From a virus (taxonomy: Duplodnaviria > Heunggongvirae > Uroviricota > Caudoviricetes), in IMG/VR virus record IMGVR_UViG_3300034283_001314: a DNA stretch of 64,000 nt, one strand, 5' to 3'. Below, piece after piece: positions 48,516-58,427 of the stretch; within the stretch, counting starts at the first letter, position 1, and each line of letters starts with the position of its first letter. The notes beneath the pieces were generated by a model that was not told the DNA's origin, did no database searches, and saw nothing but the letters and a program-made list of their open reading frames with translations. Position numbers and translations under genes: made by a program.

Positions 48516-50678
48516 ATGTCTAGATTTCCATATATTACAGGTATCAAACAATCGATAGTTGATCAAATTCAAAACACATCAAAAATTGAAGCAGCTGGTG
48601 AAAAACCATTTATTCAATTTACTAATTTTATTGATGGTGATAATCAAATTTCATACAATAGTTATTTAACATATAAGTTAGATGAAGCAGTTTATGGTGC
48701 AAATAAGAAGCTTCAGAGATTTCCACCCGTTATAACAGGTTTAAGTGTAACTGCAGCCGGTAGTTTAGGTTCACTTAGAAAAGCAAAGGTAACTGTTAAA
48801 TTTGCATCTACTCAGGATTTATTAGAACATAAGAATCATTTTAGAGTAGGAAACACACAATTAGTAACTTGGGGATGGCTTAATAAAAATCAAAATTTTA
48901 GTGGAGATGGGCCACAAAGTAGAGCAATAGCAGAAAAAATTGTAAATAACATAAATGGATATATTGAATATACAAATGAATTTAAAAATAATGTAGATTT
49001 TTTAGCAGGTATCCTTACTAATTTTAATATGGTAATAAATTCCGATGCAAGTGTAAATGTTGAATTTGAAATATCATCTCCATCAGAATTAGTAGCATAT
49101 TTAGAAATACATAAACAAGGAAAAACATCAAGTGTAGAAGCAAAAACCGAAGAAAAGGGAATGGTAGAAGTGCTTCAGGCATTGGATATAGAAGGAAGAT
49201 TGATAGAATCTAAAGATAAAGAAATTCGTAATTATGTAATTAATTTAAAAGAAGATAGAGAAAGTAACTTGACTACATTTGGTCAAACGGATGATAGCTA
49301 TATTCAAATGGGATATGCAATAAACTCAATCGTTAATAAATTTAGGCAAACTACTGGTGATGCATATGGTGTTTTAGTAAATGTAGATATAGAAGAAAGT
49401 ATTGCAAATTGTCATCCAAATATGATAAGTGTTACCGATAATGTTATATTTCCCAATAAAACAACAATGGGTTTTAAAGATTCAGTAGATTATGAGGGAG
49501 CAAGAGTAATTGAATGGGATTTAAAAAATACACAACCATTAGGTCCATTTAATTTTCAAAGAGATAATGTTGGTGATATATTTCCAAGTGACCAATCTAT
49601 TACTATATCGAATAATTTTTTCCAACCATTTAAAGCTGGATATATTAAAAACATATATTTAAAAACCCAATTTTTAAAAGAAATTGCAAAGGGTTCAAAT
49701 ACGGTACATGAATATTTAGAAAAAATAGTATCAGAGTTAAATATTGCAGGTGCGGGAATATATGAATTAGTAGTTAGAGAAAGTTTTAAAGAAAAAACAG
49801 GACAACACATTTATAGTATAGTAGATTTAACATTAGAACGAGATACAAACAACGACAAAGTATCTATTCCAAGTTTAGAATTATTTAGAGATACAAGTAG
49901 ATTAATTGAATTTAGAGCTAATGCAGATTTACCAAAAGAATTAGCAACTATAATGATGATGGGTGGTGTAAATGCAAATACAACTACAACAAGTAGAAAT
50001 AGGGAAATGGCAAAATATATGTTTGAAACCAAAAGTCCAGATCCTATTTTAAATTCAGTAAGAATTAATAATAATACAGTACAAGCAACTTTAACGGATA
50101 GTAGTGCTGATAGGCAACAAACATCAGTAACAACAGCTACGGAAGCAGGTGGCACAACACAACCAACAACTACAACAGATCCAAAATCTAGTAATCCTAA
50201 TTTTAAAGAAATATGGGAGGGATTTAAACGTGCAAATCCCAATCTAAGGCCAATAACAAGTCCAATAGAATCTACAAGAAAATTAGTTACAGAGGCAGCA
50301 ATATATTTGAAACTACCAGGTGCAAATAGAGTTAAATTATGTGCAAGTAAAAAATATGGAAAAGCTGGACAGCCATATTTCGCAGTATTTACAGATGTTA
50401 GTTGTGTAAAAACCGTATATTTCGGAGAGAATTATAAAAGAAAAGATGCATTAGTTCCAATATCAGTAACAATGACAATATTAGGATTATCAGGAATAAC
50501 AATAGGACAAGCATTAGAATTAAATCCAACTCCGGTTCCTTGGTTAGATAGTGATATGGGATATTGGCAAGTAACAAATGTAGAACATGAGGTAGATGAT
50601 ACAAGATGGACTACTGATGTAGAATTAAAATTTAGAGTTAGAGATAACAAAAAAAGAGATGAGGCTAGAAATAAATAA
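48516..50678 (+). CDS. Baseplate hub protein (gp27/gpD-like)
   Basis: GSLRKAKV; C-terminal TILGLSGI.IG..WQVTNVEHEV..WTT. Confidence 0.6.
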   Translation: MSRFPYITGIKQSIVDQIQNTSKIEAAGEKPFIQFTNFIDGDNQISYNSYLTYKLDEAVYGANKKLQRFPPVITGLSVTAAGSLGSLRKAKVTVKFASTQDLLEHKNHFRVGNTQLVTWGWLNKNQNFSGDGPQSRAIAEKIVNNINGYIEYTNEFKNNVDFLAGILTNFNMVINSDASVNVEFEISSPSELVAYLEIHKQGKTSSVEAKTEEKGMVEVLQALDIEGRLIESKDKEIRNYVINLKEDRESNLTTFGQTDDSYIQMGYAINSIVNKFRQTTGDAYGVLVNVDIEESIANCHPNMISVTDNVIFPNKTTMGFKDSVDYEGARVIEWDLKNTQPLGPFNFQRDNVGDIFPSDQSITISNNFFQPFKAGYIKNIYLKTQFLKEIAKGSNTVHEYLEKIVSELNIAGAGIYELVVRESFKEKTGQHIYSIVDLTLERDTNNDKVSIPSLELFRDTSRLIEFRANADLPKELATIMMMGGVNANTTTTSRNREMAKYMFETKSPDPILNSVRINNNTVQATLTDSSADRQQTSVTTATEAGGTTQPTTTTDPKSSNPNFKEIWEGFKRANPNLRPITSPIESTRKLVTEAAIYLKLPGANRVKLCASKKYGKAGQPYFAVFTDVSCVKTVYFGENYKRKDALVPISVTMTILGLSGITIGQALELNPTPVPWLDSDMGYWQVTNVEHEVDDTRWTTDVELKFRVRDNKKRDEARNK

Positions 50679-50680
50679 TT

Positions 50681-51037
50681 ATGGAAGAGTCAATAATAAA
50701 AAATTACTTACAACTAAATACTAATGTAATATTTACAGATAATTTTAGTGCATTTCAACCAACTCCAAATGAACAGGATTATAAAAACGAATTTATTTAT
50801 CGTTATTTTATAAGAAAAAGAAATCAGGACAATGGTTTAATATATGAAGTAAGTGCAGATACTTTTAAAGATTTTCAAAATAATCAATTATACTTTGGAA
50901 CCAAAATTAAATGGAAAATAACAGGACAAATTGATGAAGTAAGTAAATTAAATCAACGTTCAATTGCATTTGGAAAACAAACACTTTCTAATTTAGATAC
51001 TCATATAAAAAACTATACTAAGTTTTGGAAAGGGTGA
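50681..51037 (+). CDS. Hypothetical baseplate-associated protein
   Basis: 118 aa; PTPNEQDY..IYRYF..WKITG. Confidence 0.55.
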   Translation: MEESIIKNYLQLNTNVIFTDNFSAFQPTPNEQDYKNEFIYRYFIRKRNQDNGLIYEVSADTFKDFQNNQLYFGTKIKWKITGQIDEVSKLNQRSIAFGKQTLSNLDTHIKNYTKFWKG

Positions 51038-51106
51038 TAAAAGTCATACTATTATTTGGAAAGTAAAAAATAATAACATATATTTATAATAAATAAACAA
51101 AGTTAT

Positions 51107-51916
51107 ATGAGCAATTTCAAACATCTAACCGATTTAGAAGTACAACAAATTACATTCGATTGGAGATACAGAGGATTCACCGTATTAGAATTATTAACCG
51201 AAGAAGAGGTTGATGAAGTAAACGCTGAATTAGAAAGATTAAGACAAGAAAGAATTGGTACAACTACCGAAGATGGCAAAGAGTGGGGTGAGTGGGATCC
51301 ATTTGCATATCCACATAAACTATCACCTAAATTAGAAAAAATGTTTTGTCATCCAAAGATTTTGGAAGCATGTGAATTTTTAATGGAAGGTGAAGTACAA
51401 GGAATGCAAACTTGGTGTTACTTTAAACCACCAGGACAATTAGGTAGAGACCAACATCAAAACGCATTTTATACAGGATGTGGACACAATGAAATTATCA
51501 ACACTGCATTGGCGTTAGATAATCACGACCCTGAAAATGGTGCAGTATGGAACTACGAAGGTTCACATAGATTACAAACTTTACCAATTGAAGTAGATGA
51601 AGATAGAACAAAAACAAATCCTACATTTTGGAGAAACGAAAGAGGTAAACCTTGTGTAATGCCTGAAGGACATGATTTTAGAAAGGTAGAAGGTTATTTA
51701 AGAAAAGGACAAGTAGTATTGTTACACTCACATTGTGTACATGGTTCTGAAGCAAATAACTCAAATAGATTCCGTAGAAACTTATTAGGTGGTTATCTTA
51801 AAAAAGGAGCAATCTTTAATAAAGGTGGGCATATGAAAAGAGAACCAATTGATTTGCACGCATTAAAAGTAAAACATTGGACAGAATCAGATGAAAAGAA
51901 TTTCGGTGGATTTTAA
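51107..51916 (+). CDS. PhyH-family Fe(II)/2-oxoglutarate dioxygenase (HxN variant)
   Basis: RGF.VL, FKPPG..HQN, ALD..ENGA..GSH, HGS.AN.S.R.RR. Confidence 0.85.
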   Translation: MSNFKHLTDLEVQQITFDWRYRGFTVLELLTEEEVDEVNAELERLRQERIGTTTEDGKEWGEWDPFAYPHKLSPKLEKMFCHPKILEACEFLMEGEVQGMQTWCYFKPPGQLGRDQHQNAFYTGCGHNEIINTALALDNHDPENGAVWNYEGSHRLQTLPIEVDEDRTKTNPTFWRNERGKPCVMPEGHDFRKVEGYLRKGQVVLLHSHCVHGSEANNSNRFRRNLLGGYLKKGAIFNKGGHMKREPIDLHALKVKHWTESDEKNFGGF

Positions 51917-51919
51917 TAT

Positions 51920-51946
51920 AAAGGGAGTTTAAATACTCCCTTTTTT
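51920..51946 (+). terminator. Rho-independent terminator
   Basis: AAAGGGAGT/ACTCCCTTT followed by T run. Confidence 0.85.
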
Positions 51947-51948
51947 AT

Positions 51949-51979
51949 TTTGATTTGTAACGAAAATAGATTATATTTG
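51949..51979 (+). promoter_or_regulatory. Bacteroidota sigma-A-type promoter (-33 TTTG / -7 TAnnTTTG)
   Basis: TTTG 51949-51952, 19-nt spacer, TATATTTG 51972-51979; ATG follows at 51984. Confidence 0.65.
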
Positions 51980-51983
51980 TTAC

Positions 51984-53330
51984 ATGAGATTTGTAGAGGA
52001 TAAATTTGATTTTGAAGATTTCTTACGAGAGTATAGAAAAGGTAGCAATAAAATATATGTTAGATTATCAGATGATGAAAAACATTCAATGAATAATCGT
52101 ATATCATTTATTTATATCCTTTCAGAAAATAATGAATATGTCATAAATGTAAACAATGGTGATGGGTTAGGAATTAAAGTAGAAGCACTATCACAATTAT
52201 TAGATACAAAACATAGACAATTAGTATTCAATCTTAAATCAGTTCAACATCTATTACCTTTTAAAAATGCATTTGATATGGATTTAGGTAGATTTGTTGG
52301 GTATGGTTATCATGATATTGAATTAGGTGATACTCAACTCAATCAATTTTACAAATCAAAGTTTAAAAATGAATCATATTTGAACGATAGTATTCCAATG
52401 ATGAAACAATTGGAACTAATAGGACAATATGTTAAAAAATGTTCAACTACAACTACATCAAACACCGATAAATTTATAATCGATGCAACTGAAGCATTTA
52501 ATTATATTGAACATAGTGGTTTGAAAGTAGATGAAGAATATCGTTTAACACTAAATCCAGTTCATTTAACGAAGGATAACATAATTTATACTGAATATAA
52601 CCTAATGACATCTACACTCCGACCATCGAACCGACATGGGGGTGTAAACTATGCAGCACTAAAAAAAGATACTGGTGTAAGAAAAGCATTTGTTAGTAGA
52701 TTTGAGGGTGGAGAATTAATTAGTTGTGATTTTGAAGCATATCACCCTAGATTATTAATGGATATTATCTATCAAACCAAACTTAATTCAAAGGTAGATA
52801 TAAAACAAATGAAATGGATTAGTGATTTTTATGGTTGTGGATTAGATTTCTATACATGGATTGGTAAACAAATGGGTATTGATGACAGAAGTGAAGTAAA
52901 AACTTTAATATTCCAAAACCTGTATGGTGGAATTAGAAGTGAATTATTACATATTCCATATTTTAAAGAGATACAACATCTTACTGATTTATTATATGAT
53001 ACGGTTACTAAAAATAAATGCATGTTTACACACTTATACCACATTCAGTTTAATGAAGATAGATTTGAACCTATAACTCCTGCAAAAGTTTTAAATTATT
53101 ACATTCAATCATACGAAACTGAACGAAATATACAGAAAATTTTAGATATTAAGGACATATTGAAAGGAAAATTAACAAAATTGATATTATATACTTACGA
53201 TGCATTTGTTTTTGATGTGCATCCACTAGAAAAACAATATTTATATAGTGATATCATCCCATTATTAAGAGGTGGACATGGTAGGTATGAAGTAAAAACA
53301 ACAACTGGCAAAAATTATGATGAACTTTAG
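51984..53330 (+). CDS. Divergent family A DNA polymerase
   Basis: T.RPS, RKAF, motif A CDFEAYHPR, motif B K..IF..LYG, motif C YTYDA. Confidence 0.8.
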   Translation: MRFVEDKFDFEDFLREYRKGSNKIYVRLSDDEKHSMNNRISFIYILSENNEYVINVNNGDGLGIKVEALSQLLDTKHRQLVFNLKSVQHLLPFKNAFDMDLGRFVGYGYHDIELGDTQLNQFYKSKFKNESYLNDSIPMMKQLELIGQYVKKCSTTTTSNTDKFIIDATEAFNYIEHSGLKVDEEYRLTLNPVHLTKDNIIYTEYNLMTSTLRPSNRHGGVNYAALKKDTGVRKAFVSRFEGGELISCDFEAYHPRLLMDIIYQTKLNSKVDIKQMKWISDFYGCGLDFYTWIGKQMGIDDRSEVKTLIFQNLYGGIRSELLHIPYFKEIQHLTDLLYDTVTKNKCMFTHLYHIQFNEDRFEPITPAKVLNYYIQSYETERNIQKILDIKDILKGKLTKLILYTYDAFVFDVHPLEKQYLYSDIIPLLRGGHGRYEVKTTTGKNYDEL

Positions 53331-55539
53331 TTTAGAAAATCTTAACGAAATTATTGATGATGTTTTATTGGAATTTTGTGTTACATATCCAATTCCTGAT
53401 TTCCAAAATGAGGAACAATTGTTACATTTAAAAACAATATTAGAACAATTTGGTGTAACAATACTAGATGATGCAGAATTAATGGAAGCTATATCATTAG
53501 CACCAAAGAAATTTACATTAGAAGCACCTATAAAAAACAAAGCAGTTAATCCAAAAGATAAAGTTAGAGTAGATGCACATAAAAAAGGATTAGAAGGTAA
53601 AGGTGGTAAAGCATATGGACCTAAAGGTAAAGATTTAATTACACACAGAAACCAAAATGGTAAATTAGTAGCAGTAAATCCACCAGTTAAAATAGGAAAG
53701 GCAGCACAACAACAAAAAGTTGCAGCACAACAAAAGAAAGTAGTAGCACAACCAAAGGCTACAACTAAACCAACTACTAAACCAACTGATAAATTAAAAA
53801 CTAAACTCCCACAACAAACTGCACCACAAGTACAACAAGGTGCACCTACTAGTGGTAAGAAGGTTAAAAAGGTAAATGATTCTATTAGAAAAAAGGATAG
53901 TTTCAATACCGATAAATCAATGACAATTGGTTTAGATGATAAGACAAGTGAAGCAAGAGCAAAAGCAAACAAAGCTAAAAAAATAAATTCAAAGCCATTA
54001 TTTTCAACAAAAGATACACAAACTATATTTGATGGTAAACCAAAATTCCCTAAAAAGTATTTAAAGGTTTTAGAAAGAATGATGCAGTATGGTAAAGAGA
54101 ATATTACAATTACAACTCTTACCGATAAAGCAGGAGCAGGAACATTAGAATCAACTTGTGGTGAGATTGTGGGGATGATAGGATTGAGTATTCAAGATGC
54201 TAGTAAAAGAGCAATGTTCTTTAGATTATTAAAAGCTAGAGCAGAACAAAATGGAAAGGCCGGCATATTAGATGCTAGTTGGGTTACAGCAGGTGAAGCA
54301 CATTGTATTGCAAATGAAAGAAAATTAAAAAGAGATTTTCCAAATGGATATACAATTTTAAATACGTTTTGGGATGTAGCAGATGAGGCAGCGGCAATTG
54401 GTGTTGAAGGATATAGGCAAAACAAAGGATTTTCTACTGATGTTAATATGTTGGTAATGGATAATAAAACCAAACAAACTAAGTGGATAGAACCTTCATT
54501 AAAGAAAGATGAGGTTGTAAACTTATTAAACGGAACTACAAATAGAATCCGTTCAATTGCAGTATTGGCATCAAAGAAAGTAAGTAATAAAGAGAAGGAT
54601 CAATACGAATCAGCAACAAAGGAATTAGAAGGAATGGGTGAGGTTAAGAAAGGAAAAACTCCGGAGTATGCTAGAAAAGAACAACTTCAAAAATATATAA
54701 CAGGATTAGAGGAAAGAGTAAAAGCTGAAATTCCAAAAAATGCAAATGCAGAATATGCATATTCAGTACAAGAAAAGTTACATTCAACCGCTTGGGAAAA
54801 TAAAGATGTAGTTAAACAAAGTAAATTATTGTTAAATGCATGGGCTAAATTAACTCCAAAACAAAAACAAGAAAGAGCTTTATCTATTATTGAAGAAATG
54901 GGGCAAAATGATAAAGGTGGATTAAGAGCTGAAATCGTAGATACTATTAATAAACTTTATAAAAATAAAGATTCAATTAATGGATTAGATAGCATTGGAC
55001 AAATCATAGGTGATAATACATCTAGAGGAAAACAAAAAGCATCTATGATTTTATTAAATTTAGGAAGTTCTACTGGTAAAGCAAATTCACTATCGACAGT
55101 AAGAGATAAAATATATAAAAATACATACGCACACTCAAAGGCAGCATCAGAATATCTATTATCTACAAATGAAACTAAAACCGCATTATTAAGAAGTATT
55201 AGGGATGCATTTCCTGTAAAATCTTTATTAGAAGGTGAGGAAAATATGTTATTAGGTGATTTCAAAAAAGGAAAAACACCGGGTACAAACATAGATCAAT
55301 ATGTATTACAGAGAGTATTTAACATTAAATCAGCTGAAGAATTCCAAAGTGGATTAAAAGTATTAGATACACCACCACCACCACATATTAGTTTTATAGG
55401 TAAAGGTAAAAACTCAAAACCTATTGAAATTGCAGAAATAAAATCTCGTTCCGATGGTAAAGGATATGGTGGTACATGGAAATTGGAAATGAGTTTATCA
55501 AAAAAATTCGTTGAATTGTGTAAACAATACGATACATAA
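53317..55539 (+). CDS. Large basic hypothetical protein (possible internal/ejected protein)
   Basis: 740 aa; acidic N terminus, Lys/Gln/Pro linker, STDV..SLKK segment. Confidence 0.6.
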   Translation: MMNFSLENLNEIIDDVLLEFCVTYPIPDFQNEEQLLHLKTILEQFGVTILDDAELMEAISLAPKKFTLEAPIKNKAVNPKDKVRVDAHKKGLEGKGGKAYGPKGKDLITHRNQNGKLVAVNPPVKIGKAAQQQKVAAQQKKVVAQPKATTKPTTKPTDKLKTKLPQQTAPQVQQGAPTSGKKVKKVNDSIRKKDSFNTDKSMTIGLDDKTSEARAKANKAKKINSKPLFSTKDTQTIFDGKPKFPKKYLKVLERMMQYGKENITITTLTDKAGAGTLESTCGEIVGMIGLSIQDASKRAMFFRLLKARAEQNGKAGILDASWVTAGEAHCIANERKLKRDFPNGYTILNTFWDVADEAAAIGVEGYRQNKGFSTDVNMLVMDNKTKQTKWIEPSLKKDEVVNLLNGTTNRIRSIAVLASKKVSNKEKDQYESATKELEGMGEVKKGKTPEYARKEQLQKYITGLEERVKAEIPKNANAEYAYSVQEKLHSTAWENKDVVKQSKLLLNAWAKLTPKQKQERALSIIEEMGQNDKGGLRAEIVDTINKLYKNKDSINGLDSIGQIIGDNTSRGKQKASMILLNLGSSTGKANSLSTVRDKIYKNTYAHSKAASEYLLSTNETKTALLRSIRDAFPVKSLLEGEENMLLGDFKKGKTPGTNIDQYVLQRVFNIKSAEEFQSGLKVLDTPPPPHISFIGKGKNSKPIEIAEIKSRSDGKGYGGTWKLEMSLSKKFVELCKQYDT

Positions 55540-55555
55540 TTAAGGAAACAAAAAA

Positions 55556-55954
55556 ATGAAAACACAGTTATTATGTACATTTAGTACAAAAACCGATGTA
55601 GATAAACATATAGAAATAATAAAAAGTAATTATACTTTGGCATATAATTACATTTATATTTTACAAAACAAAAACATTCCAAATGAATTGTTTGTAACTT
55701 ATAATGTAGTAGTAGAAAATGAACAACCAAACTTAGAAATGAAAACTATTTTGGTTCATAGAAAAAAACAAAGTAATACATTGTATACAATCAATGCATT
55801 GAACAATGTTATTATGGAAGCTACGGGTGGGCAATTAGATAACAAATTTGAAGTAGATTGGGAACATTATAGAAATTGTATTTTAGTTACAAATACAGAA
55901 GGTGTAAAGAAAATTTATACTAGAGTATTTGATGTAATAGATTTAAATAAATAA
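55556..55954 (+). CDS. Hypothetical protein
   Basis: 132 aa; LLCTF, HRKKQSNTLYTINALN; TAAGGA upstream. Confidence 0.65.
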   Translation: MKTQLLCTFSTKTDVDKHIEIIKSNYTLAYNYIYILQNKNIPNELFVTYNVVVENEQPNLEMKTILVHRKKQSNTLYTINALNNVIMEATGGQLDNKFEVDWEHYRNCILVTNTEGVKKIYTRVFDVIDLNK

Positions 55955-55955
55955 T

Positions 55956-56288
55956 ATGATTAAGTTAAAAAGTTTATTAAAAGAAGTAAAAGAAACATTT
56001 GAAAGTTTTGCAACCACTAGAGGTAAGGGTGCATCTAAGATTGCATCAACTGCAGAAGAAAAGGGTGGTTTATCCTTATTAACTTATGAACATTTTAAAG
56101 TTAAAGCACCTTACTACAAAAACGCAGTTGAAGGTAAATTCAATAAAGAATCAGCTATTAAAGAATATTGGGAAACATTTGGTAAAATATCATTAGATAT
56201 GGAACAAATGGAATTTCAAAGAGAAGTAGGTCGTTTAGAAGTATTAGGTGAATTATTAATTAGAGATAAGAATAATAAAAATGATTAG
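55956..56288 (+). CDS. MIKLK-leader family protein
   Basis: Starts MIKLKSLLKE. Confidence 0.6.
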   Translation: MIKLKSLLKEVKETFESFATTRGKGASKIASTAEEKGGLSLLTYEHFKVKAPYYKNAVEGKFNKESAIKEYWETFGKISLDMEQMEFQREVGRLEVLGELLIRDKNNKND

Positions 56289-56778
56289 ATTAAAAAATTT
56301 ATTATCCGAAGACCTTCGTAAATGGTTTGGTAAAGGACCAGAAGGTTCAACTACCGGTGGTGGTTGGGATAGATACAATACTAAAGGTGAAAAAGTTGGT
56401 AAGTGTGGTGATAGTAAAGAGGGTGATGCATACGCAGCTTGTTTATCAAAAGAGAAAGCGGCTAAATTAGGTAAGGATGGAATAGCATCATTTGTAAAAA
56501 GAAAGAGAGCAGCACAATCCGATGCAGGAGATGCAAAAAAAGGTGGTGAACAAAAAAAAGGACAAAAACCTACATTTGTAAAAACAGGTGCTAGTGAAGG
56601 ATTGGAAGAAAAGATAAATTTATTCTTAGAAAAAAATGTACCAACTGACCCCGCAAAATGGGCAGCATCTAAAGCAGCAGCTAAAAGAAAGTTTGATGTT
56701 TATCCTTCAGCATACGCAAACGGATGGGCTGCAAAAAATTACAAAGCTAAGGGTGGTGGTTGGAAAACTGAAAAATAA
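56281..56778 (+). CDS. MIKLK-leader family basic protein (DUF5872-like C terminus)
   Basis: MIRLKNLLSEDLRKWF; AKRKFDVYPSAYANGW..YK.KGGGW. Confidence 0.6.
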   Translation: MIRLKNLLSEDLRKWFGKGPEGSTTGGGWDRYNTKGEKVGKCGDSKEGDAYAACLSKEKAAKLGKDGIASFVKRKRAAQSDAGDAKKGGEQKKGQKPTFVKTGASEGLEEKINLFLEKNVPTDPAKWAASKAAAKRKFDVYPSAYANGWAAKNYKAKGGGWKTEK

Positions 56779-56783
56779 ATAAT

Positions 56784-57230
56784 ATGATTATATGGTTAAC
56801 CGGACAACCTGGTAGTGGTAAGACAGTATTAGCAGGTTGGTTAAGAAGTATTAGTAGTTTAAATAGTAGAATTGAAGTAATTGATGGTGATGATATACGA
56901 GAAATATTTGAAAACAAAGATTATAGTGAAGCAGGTAGAAGACGTAACATAGAGCTAGCACAGAATCTAGCATTATTTCTACATAAAAAGAAATATAATG
57001 TTATAGTTTCATTAGTATCTCCTTATAGGGATCAAAGAGAAGCATTCAAAGAAACATTAGGAAAGGATTTAAAAGAGTTATATGTTCATTGTTCGGATGA
57101 TAGAGGTAGAACTCATTTTCACGTAGAAAACTACGAACCACCTTTAGAAAATTTCATTGATGTAGACACTACGGATGAAAGACCGTTTGAAACTTATGAG
57201 AAAATCAAAGAAAAATTAGGTTTATATTAA
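56784..57230 (+). CDS. cysC: Adenylylsulfate kinase-like protein
   Basis: IWLTGQPGSGKT, IDGDDIR, R.RNI, VSLVSPY..QR, YEPP. Confidence 0.85.
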   Translation: MIIWLTGQPGSGKTVLAGWLRSISSLNSRIEVIDGDDIREIFENKDYSEAGRRRNIELAQNLALFLHKKKYNVIVSLVSPYRDQREAFKETLGKDLKELYVHCSDDRGRTHFHVENYEPPLENFIDVDTTDERPFETYEKIKEKLGLY

Positions 57231-57251
57231 AATAAATTGTAAATTAGAGTT

Positions 57252-57629
57252 ATGAAAAGAAAATACGCAATGTTCATCGGAAGATGGCAAACTTGGCACG
57301 CAGGACACGAATGGTTAATTCGTCAACAATTAGACAAAGGAAAGGATGTTTGGGTAGCAATTAGAGATGTACCAGAAGATGAAAGTAATCCTAAATCAGC
57401 TTACAAAGTTATGATGGATTTAATGGAAGAACCATTTTTTCAAGAAAATATAGATAAAATTTTAGTAAGTATTATTCCTGATATTGAATCAGTAAACTAT
57501 GGTAGAGGTGTAGGGTATGAGGTTATTAATCATCCACCACCTGCAGATGTTGAATTGATTAGTGGAACTAAAATTAGAAAAGGTTATATGGATTCCAACG
57601 GAGATGTTATAGAATATGCCGTTGATTAA
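57252..57629 (+). CDS. HIGH-family nucleotidyltransferase
   Basis: FIGRWQTWHAGH and ISGTKIR. Confidence 0.75.
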   Translation: MKRKYAMFIGRWQTWHAGHEWLIRQQLDKGKDVWVAIRDVPEDESNPKSAYKVMMDLMEEPFFQENIDKILVSIIPDIESVNYGRGVGYEVINHPPPADVELISGTKIRKGYMDSNGDVIEYAVD

Positions 57630-57822
57630 GAGACATATTGCCAAAACCATCTCATATCGAATTGTAAGTACCTTAGTTGGATTCTTATTAATGTGGTGGA
57701 TAAGTGGTTCAATAAAAGTAGGTGCCGCATTTGGTGTAGCAGAATTGATTTACAAACCAATTCAGTATTATCTACATGAAAGAGTTTGGTATAAATGGAT
57801 TAAGTACGGACTTAAAAAATAA
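57616..57822 (+). CDS. DUF2061-like small membrane protein
   Basis: RHIAKTISYRI..YYLHERVW. Confidence 0.8.
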   Translation: MPLIKRHIAKTISYRIVSTLVGFLLMWWISGSIKVGAAFGVAELIYKPIQYYLHERVWYKWIKYGLKK

Positions 57823-57835
57823 AAACATTATTATA

Positions 57836-58396
57836 ATGATAAACTATACTACTATACCAAATTTTCTATCAAAAAAAGAATGTGAAGATTTGTTACAATT
57901 TTCATTAACCAAAGAATTGAAACCAGCATTGGTAGGTGGGGACAATGGTTTGAATCTAAAAAGTAGAAAATCAAATATATTTTTCTATGATTATAGTTTA
58001 GATTTTCCAAATTTAAATGAAAAATTAATTAATATTTTTAAAAAAGAAGTAAATGTAAAAGGTTATAATATTGATTTTACGAATAATCAATTTCAATTTA
58101 CAGAATACACAACAGACGGATATTATAATTGGCACGAAGATTCTGCAGAGGGAATCTATCAAGAAAGATATTGTTCAATGGTTATACAATTAAATGAAGA
58201 ATATACAGGAGGTGAATTACAAATAAAAGATAAAGATGATAATGAAATAACATTAGAAAAGGGATTGGGTAATCTATTTATTTTTTATTCACACTTAACA
58301 CATAGAGTAAAACCGGTAATATCAGGAACTAGATACTCATTGGTTAATTGGTTTAGGCTAACACCAATAGAAAATTTTAAAAAAACATTAATATAA
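57836..58396 (+). CDS. 2OG-Fe(II) oxygenase (prolyl hydroxylase-like)
   Basis: PNFLS..EC, YNWHED, YTGGEL, HRVKPV.SGTRYSLVNW; start moved from 57776 to remove the overlap. Confidence 0.88.
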   Translation: MINYTTIPNFLSKKECEDLLQFSLTKELKPALVGGDNGLNLKSRKSNIFFYDYSLDFPNLNEKLINIFKKEVNVKGYNIDFTNNQFQFTEYTTDGYYNWHEDSAEGIYQERYCSMVIQLNEEYTGGELQIKDKDDNEITLEKGLGNLFIFYSHLTHRVKPVISGTRYSLVNWFRLTPIENFKKTLI

Positions 58397-58427
58397 TCTA
58401 TAAATACAGATTAAAAAAATAAGTTAT

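Noticed and set aside
57776-57835. ORF-track start at 57776
   Set aside because: It overlaps the DUF2061 gene, and the oxygenase domain starts naturally at ATG57836.
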